Below are positions 45,472 to 58,050 of a DNA stretch of 64,000 bases, piece by piece. The position numbers were made by a program, and so were the translations under genes. Each line of letters starts with the position of its first letter. The stretch's first letter is position 1. The notes below the pieces were generated by a model. That model made no database searches. It had not been told where the DNA came from and saw nothing but the letters and a program-made list of their open reading frames with translations. The DNA comes from Histomonas meleagridis 2922-C6/04-290x (Eukaryota > Protista > Parabasalia): contig JAANOX010000224.1 of assembly GCA_020184695.1 (NCBI GenBank), positions 124,001 to 188,000 on the forward strand, written 5' to 3'.

Positions 45472-47529
45472 ATGTTTGCATTGATATTTTTTGCTATTGT
45501 TCATAATGAAATATATCTTAGAGCAAGTGCTGATCCTAAAGAAACATATGGAAATGGCGGTGCTTTTTTGAGCTGGACGAAAGCAACTGGAAATAATGTT
45601 CAATATGTTGCATATCAAAGAATACATAATACTAAAGAATGGGAAATGATTAGTACATATGAAAATGGTCAAACTATTAATGTACTAAATATATACCCTG
45701 GAGAAGCAAAAAATAATGTATACTCCAAACATAGAATACCCGTTGATACCTGTTCATTATTTAAGGGTGCAGGGCCCAAATATTCAACATCAGGATTACT
45801 AAGATTATGGATGGAAGGTGGATCATGTACAATCGATGATAGCATTTCGAAAATATTGTTCTATCAACCATATGGACTCATTCCAGGGAATCGAAAAATG
45901 ACCAGAGTAATCACAAAAAGTATTGATGAATTTGAGGCAAATCCTTCAATAATATTTGGTTATGATGTTGTTGTATTTGGCTTTTGGAATGGTTCACCAA
46001 ATGGTTTGCAGTCGTATATTGTTCAAAGCTTTATTAAACCTTATATTGATAAAGGTGGTAGTTTTATCATTGGACATGGAACTATAAGCGATTCATGGCA
46101 TACAAATCAAGGTGATATCTTTTTATCTCCAATAGCAGCATCACATTTTGGAACCGAAATGTACCACCCACCAGGTTATGATAGAGATAAAAGATACAAA
46201 AAAGCTATTATAAAGAAAAAGGGTGCGATTACATTATATCCTCATTATATTGGTGAAATTGGAGATTCTATCAATATTAAAGAGACACATACTGCTTCAG
46301 GTTATGTTCATGGGGATACCTATTTTGAACTTGATCATTCAGATATTCCTAAACAACCTTCAAATAAAAATTCATTTAGTTATGCTACAATTATCGAAGA
46401 TAGTAGGATAGGTTCAATAGAAATTGGTCATTCATTATATGAAACAGAAGAAGTAGAACTAAAAATTCTGGCAAATATGATTCATTATATGAAGAAAATG
46501 ACTGAATCAACACATTTTATATCTCATTCAACAATTGATATTGATGGACCAGTTGTAGTAGTGAATCAGATAACTGACGATGAAATATCATGGGTTGCTA
46601 AAGATATTGGTACAAAATATGATCTTAAAGTTGATGCGATTGCAGATAGAAATATTGAAAATTTAGTTGATAGTTCAAACATAGTAAAAATTGAAATAAA
46701 AACAGGACTTCAAGGATTTTATTATGTTATTGACAAAAATCCAAATACGATAATTAATGGAGATAAAAAGAAAGAAAAATATACTGAGGAATTGAATTAC
46801 AAATATAAACCATCTGAAAGAAATTCGTATTTTCATATTGCAGCAATTGATAAAGCTAAAAATATTGGAGATACTATTCATTGTATTATGGCAACACCAT
46901 CGCCAACACCGCTTCCAACAAAATCACCTTCACCGTCAAGATCACCAACGCCATCACCATCAAAATCACCAACGCCTTCAAGATCACCAACGCCTTCACC
47001 GTCAAAATCACCAACACCTTCAAGATCACCAACGCCTTCACCGTCAAAATCACCAACGCCTTCAAGATCACCAACGCCTTCACCGTCAAAATCACCAACA
47101 CCTTCACCATCAAAATCACCAACACCTTCAAGATCGTCAACACCTTCTCCATCAAAATCATCTTCGCTATCAAAATCCCCAACACCATCAAGATCGCAAA
47201 ACCCTTCACCATCAAAATCACCAACACCATCAAGATCGCCAACATTATCACCAATGGAAACACAAAATATTGGTGATATAACTCATTCAAGAGAATCTGG
47301 AAAGGGAACAATAGGAATAAATGAAATTTATTTAGGAAGTGGTATTGGTATTATTCTCGCAATTGGTTTGGTCTTTGGTATTATTTATTTCAATAAAAAA
47401 TCTCACTCTGAACAAAATTCAAGTAATGCCATAAAGAACAAAACTCCCTTACCAGTTGATAAAAAATTTAATCCATTGTTTGATAAAGATGGTGGAAATG
47501 ACCCATTCAAAGAAGACTTTTTGGAATAA
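45472..47529 (+). CDS. Type I membrane surface protein with a DUF5057-like domain and Ser/Pro/Thr stalk
   Basis: Signal peptide; [21 protein letters not shown]...GHGTI; [10 protein letters not shown]; SPTPS repeats; TM helix; tail NPLF...DPFKEDF. Confidence 0.8.
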   Translation: MFALIFFAIVHNEIYLRASADPKETYGNGGAFLSWTKATGNNVQYVAYQRIHNTKEWEMISTYENGQTINVLNIYPGEAKNNVYSKHRIPVDTCSLFKGAGPKYSTSGLLRLWMEGGSCTIDDSISKILFYQPYGLIPGNRKMTRVITKSIDEFEANPSIIFGYDVVVFGFWNGSPNGLQSYIVQSFIKPYIDKGGSFIIGHGTISDSWHTNQGDIFLSPIAASHFGTEMYHPPGYDRDKRYKKAIIKKKGAITLYPHYIGEIGDSINIKETHTASGYVHGDTYFELDHSDIPKQPSNKNSFSYATIIEDSRIGSIEIGHSLYETEEVELKILANMIHYMKKMTESTHFISHSTIDIDGPVVVVNQITDDEISWVAKDIGTKYDLKVDAIADRNIENLVDSSNIVKIEIKTGLQGFYYVIDKNPNTIINGDKKKEKYTEELNYKYKPSERNSYFHIAAIDKAKNIGDTIHCIMATPSPTPLPTKSPSPSRSPTPSPSKSPTPSRSPTPSPSKSPTPSRSPTPSPSKSPTPSRSPTPSPSKSPTPSPSKSPTPSRSSTPSPSKSSSLSKSPTPSRSQNPSPSKSPTPSRSPTLSPMETQNIGDITHSRESGKGTIGINEIYLGSGIGIILAIGLVFGIIYFNKKSHSEQNSSNAIKNKTPLPVDKKFNPLFDKDGGNDPFKEDFLE
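46891..47250 (+). repeat. Coding tandem repeat ([14 protein letters not shown], 42-bp units)
   Basis: In-frame repeat inside ORF 45472, degenerating toward the 3' end. Confidence 0.9.
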
Positions 47530-48309
47530 ATTTTATTGAATAATTTGGAAGAAGGGAACAAGCGAAACGTTTTGAGACTCCACAACATTAATATTGCACC
47601 AGACTAAAAATGCTTATATAAGCATTCTGTAGTGATACATATGTCATGTTAAGGTTTGGTTAAATTCGCAATTTTTGGGATTGTCTGTCTTTTGGTACAT
47701 TTTCACTTGGCCAGGACAATATTATTAATTTTTTAACTTAATATAATGATATTTATTTATAGAATTTATAATATTTAATTAAAACAATATTTGTTGTTGT
47801 CAATCATAATTAAAACACACCTATATCATCAGTTTGAATTTTAATTTATTTTTATTTTTCAGCCTTTCAAATTCAATATTTTTTTGTTTTATAGTAATCT
47901 CATTATTTTTAAGAATTTTGTCTATATCAAAAATTACCTATAATTAATGTATACTAACATATATAAAAATTGATATTCTATTTGCTAATATTATATGCAT
48001 TTTTATTTGAAGCTTTAATAATTTGTACAAGGTCATAAAAATCGCTTGTGCCCATTAATTTGGGTTGCTTCAAAGCATTTTTAATAAAATTTCTTTATTG
48101 AAAATTAGGAGTTATATTGAAATATTTTACATACATTTCTTTTTGGTCGGATTTAAAGCTTTAACATACATATGGGATTTTCAAATTTTTTTAAAAAAAA
48201 TACTTCTTAATGAATTTTTGTAACTTGGAAGCGAAAATGAATCCAAATTTTTTATCGTTATTCTCTGAATTCTAAAGAAAAAGTTTTATCGGTTTTTCAT
48301 TTTTAGTTA

Positions 48310-49287
48310 TTAGCCAAAGCGCTTGTCGCCCATTTTTTGCAATTTCCAGAACTTTTCTCTCAAAGGATCGAGTACTATTAGTTTATCATACAGTTCGTCG
48401 TTCATTGAATTATCATCTTTTTGTTGCATCAAATGTAATAATAATGAAACACGGTGGAAGTTGTCTGGTGTTGCTTGGTAAAGCTTTTTAGCGTTTTCGA
48501 GTGCTTTCTTATATAATTCATCACTTTTCTTTGCAATACCCAAAATATATGAACATGCAGATTCATTTTGGAGATCATTCTCCAATGTCTTGAAAGCAAA
48601 ATCAAGTTCTCCGGAAAGATCAGCCTTAGCGCCATCTATTACGGAAAAACGGGCAGACCAAGCACTATTGTTTTCGGGATCTTGTTCAAGATAGTAAGTT
48701 GTAAGATCAAGAATATCTTGATACATATTCCATCGCCTGGCAAGCCAAAGAGCATAGCTCCACGCATGGAAGTTCTTTGGATCATTTTGAATTCGGTCGG
48801 ATAAAAGACTTGCATCAACTGGTTTTTCTTCTTGATTGTCAACAACCCATTGACGGTGGTACCATATTTGGTAGGACTTTAAACATTCTTCAAGAATTTC
48901 ATGGGTAAAAAGAATTTCTTCATCAGAATCATATCCAAGTTTCTCAAGAATCTTACGACGATACCACCAAGCGCATGGATTTCCTGGGACGTTCATAAGA
49001 ACTGTCTTTACGAGTTCATTTGCTCTTTGTGAATATTCATTAACGTTCATAACTCCACGGAAATAACTCATCATTTGGTCGTAGAAAGGTTCCCAATCAA
49101 TGTAAAATGGATCTCCCTTTTTCTGAACCCCTGGAACTGGTTCTAAGTCGGCCCATTCTTGGGAATTAGCCCAAAGCACGTTTTCTTCTCCCTCATATGA
49201 TGCTTCATCATCTTCAGTATCAGCGTGGGTTTGAGCTTGCTCTTTTAATTGAGGATTTGCTTCCTCGTGCGTTTCAGGAGCAGACAT
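48310..49287 (-). CDS. FNTA: Protein farnesyltransferase/GGTase-I alpha subunit
   Basis: EWADLEPVP and PPTA repeats KSYQIWYHR, DPKNFHAWSY, DPENNSAWS, LDPLREKFW. Confidence 0.88.
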   Translation of the reverse strand: MSAPETHEEANPQLKEQAQTHADTEDDEASYEGEENVLWANSQEWADLEPVPGVQKKGDPFYIDWEPFYDQMMSYFRGVMNVNEYSQRANELVKTVLMNVPGNPCAWWYRRKILEKLGYDSDEEILFTHEILEECLKSYQIWYHRQWVVDNQEEKPVDASLLSDRIQNDPKNFHAWSYALWLARRWNMYQDILDLTTYYLEQDPENNSAWSARFSVIDGAKADLSGELDFAFKTLENDLQNESACSYILGIAKKSDELYKKALENAKKLYQATPDNFHRVSLLLHLMQQKDDNSMNDELYDKLIVLDPLREKFWKLQKMGDKRFG

Positions 49288-49728
49288 GGTTGCAATTATA
49301 TACTTTCAATTATAAATAATCGTGCTCATTGAAATCAAACGGTTTTAATTAATTTGTTTCCAACGAACCCAAATTCGGGTTCTTTTAAATTTTTGAAGTA
49401 TATTCCCATTATCTATAAAACAACATGAGTTTTTTATAGAGTAAAGGTATGGGTCTTGATAAAATTACATGTAATGATGTCGAACAAAATCATGATGTAA
49501 TAAAAATGTTAGTATTAATCTTTGTTACATGTAAATGTACTGTAATCTTCAATAATTAATTTTTATAAACCAAAATATCAAAAACTTCCTTTTGATTTTG
49601 GAACTAAGAACGAAATATTTTTGGGGTGCCCTATTGCCTATGCAGGACACAGAATTTTTAATCGTTGCCTACAGAATATGGTTTTAACTTTACGTTGCAA
49701 ACAGAGACAGTTAATTCATTTGTCGGAT

Positions 49729-50322
49729 ATGGCAACCGTGGTAAGCTACAAATTTATTATAATAGGATCAAGTGGTGTAGGCAAAACAGCAATTTTGAAA
49801 AGACTTGTTGAAGATATATTTATTGAGGAATCACAATCAACAATTGGTGTTGAATTCGATTCAACAATTTTAAACATAGATAACCGAAGAGTAAAATTGC
49901 AGATTTGGGATACTGCAGGTCAAGAACGTTTTAGATCTATTGCAAAGGCATATTACAGAAATGCGGTCGGTGTTATTCTTGTATTTGATATAACAGATAG
50001 AGAGTCATTTGACGAATTGACATCTTGGCTAAATGATATTCACTCACTATGTGATCCAAATGCTGTTGTACAGCTAATTGGTAATAAAGCAGATTTAAGC
50101 TCAAGGAGAGTTGTTACATTATCAGAAGCAGAACAATTTGCATCAAATCAAAAAATGCAATACCTTGAAACATCAGCAAAAACAGCTGATAATGTTAGAG
50201 AAGCGTTTGTACGCGTTGCTACAACAATATTAAGCAAAGGATTAAAACCATCAACACCACCTATCGATAAAAGACCACTTCTTCCTGAGGAAACAGCGTC
50301 AAATAAAACGTGCCCCTGCTAA
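49729..50322 (+). CDS. Rab-family small GTPase
   Basis: GSSGVGKT, STIGVEF, WDTAGQERFRS, GNKAD, ETSAK, C-terminal CPC. Inr TCATT at 49716-49720; ATG at 49729. Confidence 0.96.
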   Translation: MATVVSYKFIIIGSSGVGKTAILKRLVEDIFIEESQSTIGVEFDSTILNIDNRRVKLQIWDTAGQERFRSIAKAYYRNAVGVILVFDITDRESFDELTSWLNDIHSLCDPNAVVQLIGNKADLSSRRVVTLSEAEQFASNQKMQYLETSAKTADNVREAFVRVATTILSKGLKPSTPPIDKRPLLPEETASNKTCPC

Positions 50323-51050
50323 GGATTGCACAAATTAAAAGAAAACATTTGATTTTTTATTCTTTTTTAGGTACGAAAAAAGTGACTTTAGTTTTGAAAC
50401 TTTTTCTTATTTTTCAAAAAGTGGTATTTTGTGAGAATAAATTCCTAACTTTTTGTATAACTAAATGGACAAAACAGAACACACATTATATCATCTAAAT
50501 CATTATTATTTATCCATACTTTAAAAATAACAAAATTGAAAACTTTAATGAATAATATAACTGAAAAATTAGAATTATATATTTATTCATTTTTGGTTAA
50601 ATTTGAAAAGTGGTTTTTTTCCAAAATAAAATCATTTTATATAATTAATTTTTAGATATTGACAACTATTTATGTTTATCAGGTATACATTTGAATGCCG
50701 TTGAAAAATATATGATTTTTTTATGCTAACATGTTATGATTAAAAATTTTGATAAAAAAATCCAATATTTTTATGCGTAAGATAAATGCACTTTTTGACA
50801 TACCATTTAGTTATACAAAAAGTTCAACGAACGTTAAACACACCGACTTCGAAATTTTTTTGACGAATTTGAATTACGAACGTTTTAATGGCAAAACAAC
50901 TACACTGAAAAATTTTAAAATTTCTTCTCAATTAAGAGGATTAAAGAATGCTTTACAGAAAAGTGTAGATGTCAGAAAGCACTTCACCCCAAAATTTTGG
51001 GGTTCTGAATACTAAAATTTTGTGTAAGTGGCATTCTTCCATAATTTTAA

Positions 51051-51365
51051 ATGTACAATCAAAGTTACTACTATAACTATGATGGTCAATATATGTTAAA
51101 TCCAATGCCAAATTATTCATTCCAAAATAATCAAAGTTATTATCAAGAATTTTCCCAAATTCAATCTTTTGAATATCCTCAAAACATAGCAAATAATATG
51201 GATGAAACAAATTTTATTAATAAAATCACAGAATTTTTTATCCAAAAACGAAAACAAAAACAAAAACGAAGATTAAATAAACAAAGAAATAGAAAAGCAC
51301 CAATAGGAAATAAAATTAAAACAAATCGAAGAAGTAATGTTAGAACACCTAATAAAAAAGTTTAA
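51051..51365 (+). CDS. Possible small protein (Y/N/Q-rich N-terminus, basic C-terminus)
   Basis: ATG-initiated 104-aa ORF with no recognisable family. Confidence 0.35.
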   Translation: MYNQSYYYNYDGQYMLNPMPNYSFQNNQSYYQEFSQIQSFEYPQNIANNMDETNFINKITEFFIQKRKQKQKRRLNKQRNRKAPIGNKIKTNRRSNVRTPNKKV

Positions 51366-51669
51366 ATAATTGTTAATAAAAAATTTTTAATAATAATCTT
51401 TTTTTAAATCGAAATAACAATTAATTAATTCATTTTTTAGTTATGCTTTGTTATTTTACTGATCCGTTTTATGATCCATTCGTGAAACATAGATCAAAAA
51501 GAATTTATCCATGTAATGCGATGAATAGATAATTTAATAACGTTGAACGTTGTTTCAACTCTTTATTTGCAGATGCATTTGATGAAGAATTTATTAACCT
51601 GAAGAACAAAAATGACAAAACAAAGAAAGGATACTGCCCAAGACGAAAAAGTACCCAAAAAATAACCGT

Positions 51670-51781
51670 TGAAGAAATTTAATATTTTCTGAACTTTAAT
51701 CGTCATTGATAAACAATTCAAAAAAGCTATCGATCATTTTTTTGATCAGCCAAAAATTTAGGAAAGTGAAATCAATCTTTT
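51670..51781. repeat. Dispersed repeat, inverted copy of 2547-2666
   Basis: Contains aatcgtcattgataaacaattcaaaaaagctatcgatcatttttttgat. Confidence 0.8.
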
Positions 51782-52368
51782 TTCTTCAAGGCAATTTAAT
51801 TACGAAAATTAATTCATAAATCAATATATGCTAATGGAGAATGTAACTGCTTATATATTATAATCTGTTAAAATAAAAATTGTTATAAAAATTGAGACGA
51901 AGATGTCCTGTCAGAAATAACCCCCAGTACGGACATTCAAACGACAGAAAAAGTTGATTGGCACTAATTTCGAATATTTTGCCATAACCATGCTGAGTTT
52001 TTCCACAAAAAATTTTTCGAGTTTGGTGAGTTCAAACCACAATAATTTATTCTAATTGCATGCGTGATAGTATCCGTTGTTCATTAGAAGAGTGATTTAT
52101 TGTTTTCTTATGTGTGCGCGCTTAGAAAAACCTATATTGATCTTTTAAGCTTGCAAGTGTTTGTTTGCATGAAAATGATAAACTAATCGATAAATTCAAC
52201 TTGGCTTCTATGTGACATTTGCAAAATGTCAATTGAGACCGATAGATAACTGAATAACCATTATAACTTTTTGAATATTTATACATCTTTTTTTGACAGG
52301 TCTATAATACGTTAATTAATTCAATTTGATATAAATTGAAAATTTCACTTAGTTCGTTTAAGTACAAA

Positions 52369-53166
52369 ATGAATGATTCCGAATGGTATTTCATTATCGA
52401 TTCAATAATATTCATCATTCTTGGAATCTACTCACTTGTCGTTTCAATTTTTTATATAGCAGTGCAATCAGAAAAAAAGTATCCAAACAGAATATTTTTT
52501 ATATTTTTCATTATGATATTTTCAATTGCTTCATCACTCAAGTTTTTTGTTTACAAAGGCAACAAAGAAATATATTCTATTATCTTCTACATAGTAGTGA
52601 TAGTCAGTGCAACAGCATTTTGCATAACATTTTATTTATCAATTCAGGAATGGGATGCAATCACAAGAGGAGCTCAATTTCAGTTCTGTCATCAAAGTAT
52701 TGTTACTATTACAATCCTTTTTTTTAACTTCATTATAATGATATCACAATTAACCACATATTTTATGAAGAATATATCAACGCCTCATGTGTTTTTTTAC
52801 CTTAACTCATTTGCTTCCTCAACTCAAATGCTTTTTGTTCTTGGATATGGGACATTTCATTGTTCAATGGTATTTCGAAATTTAAGTATAGAAGAAGGAT
52901 CTCCTTACAAAAAACTCTACAGGATTACTCGTGTGTTACTTATTTTTCTTGTGATATTCGGAATTTTCAGCTTTGCATCATTTATTGCATCATTCTTCAC
53001 AGATTTGAGCAACCAAAGAAAATACCTAATTTTCGACGGTCTGCTGGGCCGCTTCCCAATGTTAGTTGCAGTGTTTAGCTCTTTGATCTATCAAAGAATG
53101 ATGGACGTTTCTCTCAAGTATTCGAAGGTGGAGAGCGTTAACACAAGAGATATCCACTTAATATGA
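52369..53166 (+). CDS. Multi-pass (about 7 TM) membrane protein
   Basis: About seven hydrophobic segments. ATG at 52369; Inr TCACT at 52345-52349. Confidence 0.75.
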   Translation: MNDSEWYFIIDSIIFIILGIYSLVVSIFYIAVQSEKKYPNRIFFIFFIMIFSIASSLKFFVYKGNKEIYSIIFYIVVIVSATAFCITFYLSIQEWDAITRGAQFQFCHQSIVTITILFFNFIIMISQLTTYFMKNISTPHVFFYLNSFASSTQMLFVLGYGTFHCSMVFRNLSIEEGSPYKKLYRITRVLLIFLVIFGIFSFASFIASFFTDLSNQRKYLIFDGLLGRFPMLVAVFSSLIYQRMMDVSLKYSKVESVNTRDIHLI

Positions 53167-53596
53167 TTGTTTGATTTGTATGTAAATGTTTTTTACGATA
53201 TTTTTAATTTTTTTGTTACTGCTAAAACATTTTTCGTGTTTCTGAATTTTTCGAATTGAACTTCCATACTAGAAAATTAAAGATAAAATACATGAGCAAA
53301 AAACATATCGTTATGAACTTTCATTTATGTTTTTTATAGTAATATCTTAAAACCAAATCATTTAGTTTTGGTTTCATGATTTCTTTTTTCTTCATCTTTT
53401 CCACTTTTTTAATCATTAACTGGTCAATGCCATTTTTTTAGCAAAAACCGCTTTTATTATCACGCAGAAACTCAAAAACCGTTTGTTTCCACTTTTTGGC
53501 GGCGGGTTCCTGCCAATCGCATTCAAAAAAGTAAGGAAATTGAGTAGATAACCGCCGGAAAGTATTTACTTTTGATAAACCTAATCAAACAAAACA

Positions 53597-54709
53597 ATGA
53601 GTGGTGAACCAATATTAATCTTTGATTTAGGAAGTTCACACATAAGGACAGGCTTAGCAACTCAACCGTTACCTGATATTATAATTCCTTCAGCATTTCC
53701 AACAGGACAACATAATTATCCCATAGATAAACCACTTCCAGATGATTTTGACCCATCTTTTGCCATCACAGATGCTGAAATTGATGACAAAGATCGAATG
53801 ACATATCTTTTTGCTTCTATTTATAATCATTATTTTGATGAAAATCAACCAGAGCCAACAAACTTAAAACTAGCATTTGCATGTTCACCACGTTCGATTG
53901 AGTGTAACCTCGATATTGCACAAAATGCATTTGAATTACTTGGTGCAGATGCAATAATCATGAAGCCACCTGCAGTTTATTCATTAACCACATTTTCAAT
54001 TGAAACCTGCATCTGCATTGACATTGGCTATGATATCACCAATGTTATTCCAATTGAGCACAATATGATTTGCACCAAAGGAATCAACTGGACATTCAAT
54101 GCCGGGTCCGGCCTTGACCTGTTCGCATCGCGGTATCAACTAGGGATCGAAAGCATCACCAAATGGTCACAAATGGAGCAAGCACGAAAGATCAAAGAAG
54201 ATCACATTCAAGTTTCTCTCAATTATTCCGACTCAATTAGTAAACTAACAGACGACGCCACAACATTAGAGTTCGGCCTCACGTGCGGCGAGCTCCTCTT
54301 CACGCCAAAGCTGTACGAGGCCGGCATCTCCAAAGACGGACCCGCCGACAGCCGAATATCGACGCTCATGGAGGAGCCGGGCCTCGCCAAGCTCATCAGC
54401 GAGTCGATCCAGCAGTGCGACCTCCACAACAGGTCCGACCTGTACAACCACATCATAATCACCGGCGGAACATCGAGAACAAAGGGGTTAAAGGACCGTC
54501 TCCTCAATGACCTGAAGAAGATGAGAGAAGGAATCGGAACAGTGAACATCTTCACGCCTGATGACCCTGTCAACTCCGCGTGGATGGGCGCGGCTGTGGT
54601 GTGCCAATGCTCGCCTGAAAACGAACAGTGGCTGACGAAGGAGGAATACGACGAAGACCCGAACTTGGCGTATAGCAGGTTCAACCAATATGGAATTAAC
54701 CCTATATGA
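53597..54709 (+). CDS. Divergent actin-related protein
   Basis: IFDLGSSHIRTG, CIDIGYDITNVIPI, GELLFTP, IIITGGTS, SAWMGAAV, WLTKEEYDE. Confidence 0.88.
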   Translation: MSGEPILIFDLGSSHIRTGLATQPLPDIIIPSAFPTGQHNYPIDKPLPDDFDPSFAITDAEIDDKDRMTYLFASIYNHYFDENQPEPTNLKLAFACSPRSIECNLDIAQNAFELLGADAIIMKPPAVYSLTTFSIETCICIDIGYDITNVIPIEHNMICTKGINWTFNAGSGLDLFASRYQLGIESITKWSQMEQARKIKEDHIQVSLNYSDSISKLTDDATTLEFGLTCGELLFTPKLYEAGISKDGPADSRISTLMEEPGLAKLISESIQQCDLHNRSDLYNHIIITGGTSRTKGLKDRLLNDLKKMREGIGTVNIFTPDDPVNSAWMGAAVVCQCSPENEQWLTKEEYDEDPNLAYSRFNQYGINPI

Positions 54710-55042
54710 ATAAACAGAATAAAACTGTTTCTGAGGAATTGGTGAATTGTTTTTGGGAATGAGTTGGAGTAAATGATTTTTAGAATTTGGTGTATCTTTC
54801 TCAGTGTGGTTATTATTTTTGGTATTTGTTGAAGAAATACATTTTGTTAAATTATTAAATTGAATTATTGACAATTTTTTTCTTGAAACAAATGAAAATA
54901 AAAAGAGTTTTGGAATTTTAAAAATTTGTCACACCTGTAGCAAAATATTTATTAAATTGCTAGATTTGATTTTTGTTCTTACTGTAATCAAATGTAAAGT
55001 TTTGAAAAGTTTTCAAAGAAAAAAAGAAACTCTCTTTGATAA

Positions 55043-57860
55043 ATGACCACAGTTAAAAAGATACAAAAAGAAAACATGTTAGAGTTCCTAACGGATTTGG
55101 AAAAGACAATTTTTGTTATAAATGAAGATAATATTGAAACAATTGTTCAATCAATTATTAAAATGTCTTCAAAAAAATATCCATTTTCTTTTTATTTAAC
55201 TGTTTTACATATTGTCTATATATTTTATACAAAACGTAATCCTAGTGATGAATTGTTATTTCATTTTCTTGAAGAATTAGACAAGAATCAAACAGAAATT
55301 AAAATATTTAAAATGTTTTCAAAGCAACTTTTATTTGTTTATGATATCAATAATGAATCAGATCATCTTATACAAAAATTCATTGAGCAAAATATAATTG
55401 ATCCCAAAGATATCAACCATCGATATTCTTTATATTTTGCTCATATTACTGCAAGTAAGAAAATTACTAAGCAAACGTTACCAGTAAATATATATGCAAA
55501 AGAATATGACTCATATTTTGTTGAAAGCATTAAAGAACTTTCGCAGAATAATTGGGAACTTCATAAACATTTAATTAAAGAAGGACATAATCCAAATGAA
55601 CTTTCAAAAATAATTCGAAATGATGACATAGAAAAACTTCAAGAAATATCATCACAACCAAATTTTGATTTTAATCAAACCTTTAAACCATCGATTTATG
55701 AAAGATGTTCTTTTATTAATCAATGGAATGTTACATTAATTGATTATGCAGCATTTTTTGGATCTGTTAAATGTTTTAAATATTTACTTCTGAATGTTGC
55801 AAACATAATTAATACAGGTAAATATGCAGTTGCAGGTGGAAATGAAGAAATCATTCATTTATGTGTGCAAAATCATTCATCTTTTGTAGGTGGTTATGAG
55901 TCAGCAATTATGTTTCATCGAAATGATATCTTTCAATATCTTTTTGATAATAAAATTGAAGAAATAGTGAATTATTCTACTTTGGGAGATATTTGTATAT
56001 CACATGATAATTATGAAATATTCAAATTTTTAACTGAGAATAATATGGTAATTAAAGATTTCATGTTGGATACTGCAGCTAAAACAGGTAATACTTTTAT
56101 TACGACATACATGCTAAAATTTAAAACTCCATCAGAAAAAGTTCTTATTTATGCAGCTGTATCAAGAAATTATGAGCTTTTCAAGTTACTTCTTAAGCAA
56201 AAAGATATTTAAGTCAATGCAACAAATGTTAGTTTATTTTATTTAGTATATCTTTAAATTTTTTTATGTTTTATTATGATATTTGGTATTTATTTACATG
56301 ATTTGAAACACCTTTAATGATAGCATCAAAATATGGATCTGCAAAAATTGTTGAATTACTCCTTAAGCGAGAAGATATAATTATTAATGCACAAAGCATT
56401 AATTTTTGAGTTTTCAAAAATTTGTTTGTTTTACTGATTCTATAAAATTTCATTTTTATTTCTATTCATTCAAGTTATTTCCCACTGCACTTTATTATGC
56501 AGCTTTAAATAATCACACAAAAATAGTAAAATTACTTCTTGAACAAAAAGGAATTAAGCATCAAAAAAAGTATGACAAAGTATTAATATTTTATTGGTTA
56601 TTGTTTTAGCAGTATCAAATAATAATATAGAAATGTTAAAATTATTTCTTAAAGATAAAAAATTTGATATCAATAAAAGAAAAGTCTCAATTTTTTATTT
56701 GATATTTATTTCTAAAATATTTTAGAACATCACTTATGATTGCATCTAAAAAAGGTTACATAGATATAGTTAAATTACTTCTTGAACAAAAAGATATTGA
56801 TATAAATGCAGTAGATGATATATATTTGTTTTATTTTGTATTTATTTTTATGTTTTCTTGTTTCAAAATCAATTATGAATTTTGTAAATTTGATTTCAAA
56901 CAGCTTTAGCTTTCGCATCAAGTAAAGGGAATACTGAAATAGTGAAAATGCTTCTCGAACAAAAAGGAATTGATTTCAATAAAGCAAATCTTTTTTTGTT
57001 TTTTTCGCTATTTATTTCAAAAATTTACAATTGATATCAAATTTTTGGAAATTCTTCAATTTGTTTTGGACACCTTTGATGTTAGCATCTGAGTATGGTC
57101 ATATTGATATTGTAAAATTACTTCTCGAGCAAAAAGGTATTAATATTAATGCAAAAAATATTGTATTTTTTTGTTTTGTGTTAATTAAGAAAATATGCAA
57201 TTTAATTTAAAGTTTCGGAATTAATTTAATGCTTTCTATACAGCTTTGTTAGTTAGTTGTGAAAAATGTTATTTCGAAATAATCAAATTACTTCTTGAAC
57301 AAGATGGTGTTGAAATTAATGCAAATACTGTTCAAATTCATTATTATATATTTGTTTTATTGATTTTGTATTTTTAATGTGTATTTAATATTTATAATGA
57401 TTGTTTTGGACAGCACTTATGATTTCATCTGAAAAATGTCATACTGCAGCTGTTAAATTACTTCTTGAACAAGATGGAATTGATATCAATATAAAAAACA
57501 TTAAATTATATTTTACTCAGTATTTTTATATGATTTTATGTTTTTAAATAACAATTGGAATTTGTTCAATGTATTATGGACAGCATTAATGTGGGCTTGT
57601 GCAAGAAATAATACAGAAATCGCTAGATTACTTCTTGAACAAAACAATATAAAAGTAAGTGGTAAAAATGTTTTTTTGCTTAATTTAAAGTTAACATAAG
57701 TTATTTGATGTCACATCATAAAATTTGGAATTATTTTATATTTATCAAAACAGCAATTATGTATGCTTCTGAAAATAAGAATGATGAAATTGCAAAAATC
57801 CCTGAAGAAAAAATGCCCAAAAAAGTCACAAAAAAGAAAAATAACTGTATAACTCATTAA
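55043..57860 (+). other. Spacer-interrupted ankyrin locus D (DUF3447-type N-terminus plus about 11 repeats)
   Basis: 389-aa ORF with LIDYAAFFGSVKCFKYLL; in-frame TAA at 56210-56212 inside a repeat (KDI*VNATN). Repeats start at 56308, 56484, about 56594, 56727, 56900, 57070, 57240, 57410, 57580 and 57750. Spacers measure 80, 86, about 20, 43, 83, 80, 80, 80, 80 and 80 nt. TAA at 57858-57860. Confidence 0.9.
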
Positions 57861-58039
57861 AACGAAAATATATTAAAAAATTTAATATCCCTTTGTAATA
57901 CCAAGTTATTCTCTTGTTTATGTACAATATTTAGTCACGCAAGTTAGAAAAAACTTGAGTTTTATCGATGTTTGTGTATGGTTTTTTGAATAGTTTACGC
58001 GCATTTTAACACATTGAAAAATTCTGTGAGTTTGTTTGG

Positions 58040-58044
58040 CCTTT
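58040..58044 (+). promoter_or_regulatory. M5 (CCTTT) core-promoter motif before RPS20
   Basis: CCTTT ends 6 nt before the ATG; this motif is known from trichomonad ribosomal-protein genes. Confidence 0.55.
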
Positions 58045-58050
58045 CTCTGA

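Noticed and set aside
46838-47311. Alternative-frame and antisense repeat ORFs (HQ-rich, KITN-rich, VIL-rich)
   Set aside because: Shadows of the Ser/Pro/Thr repeat in ORF 45472.
54223-54874. Overlapping ORFs in the GC-rich patch
   Set aside because: Expected from stop-codon depletion at high GC; the actin-like frame explains the sequence.
56210-56212. Reassigned genetic code (TAA read as sense)
   Set aside because: Most conserved genes in the window end in TAA (HDAC, ferredoxin, RPS20, RPL27), so TAA is a normal stop.
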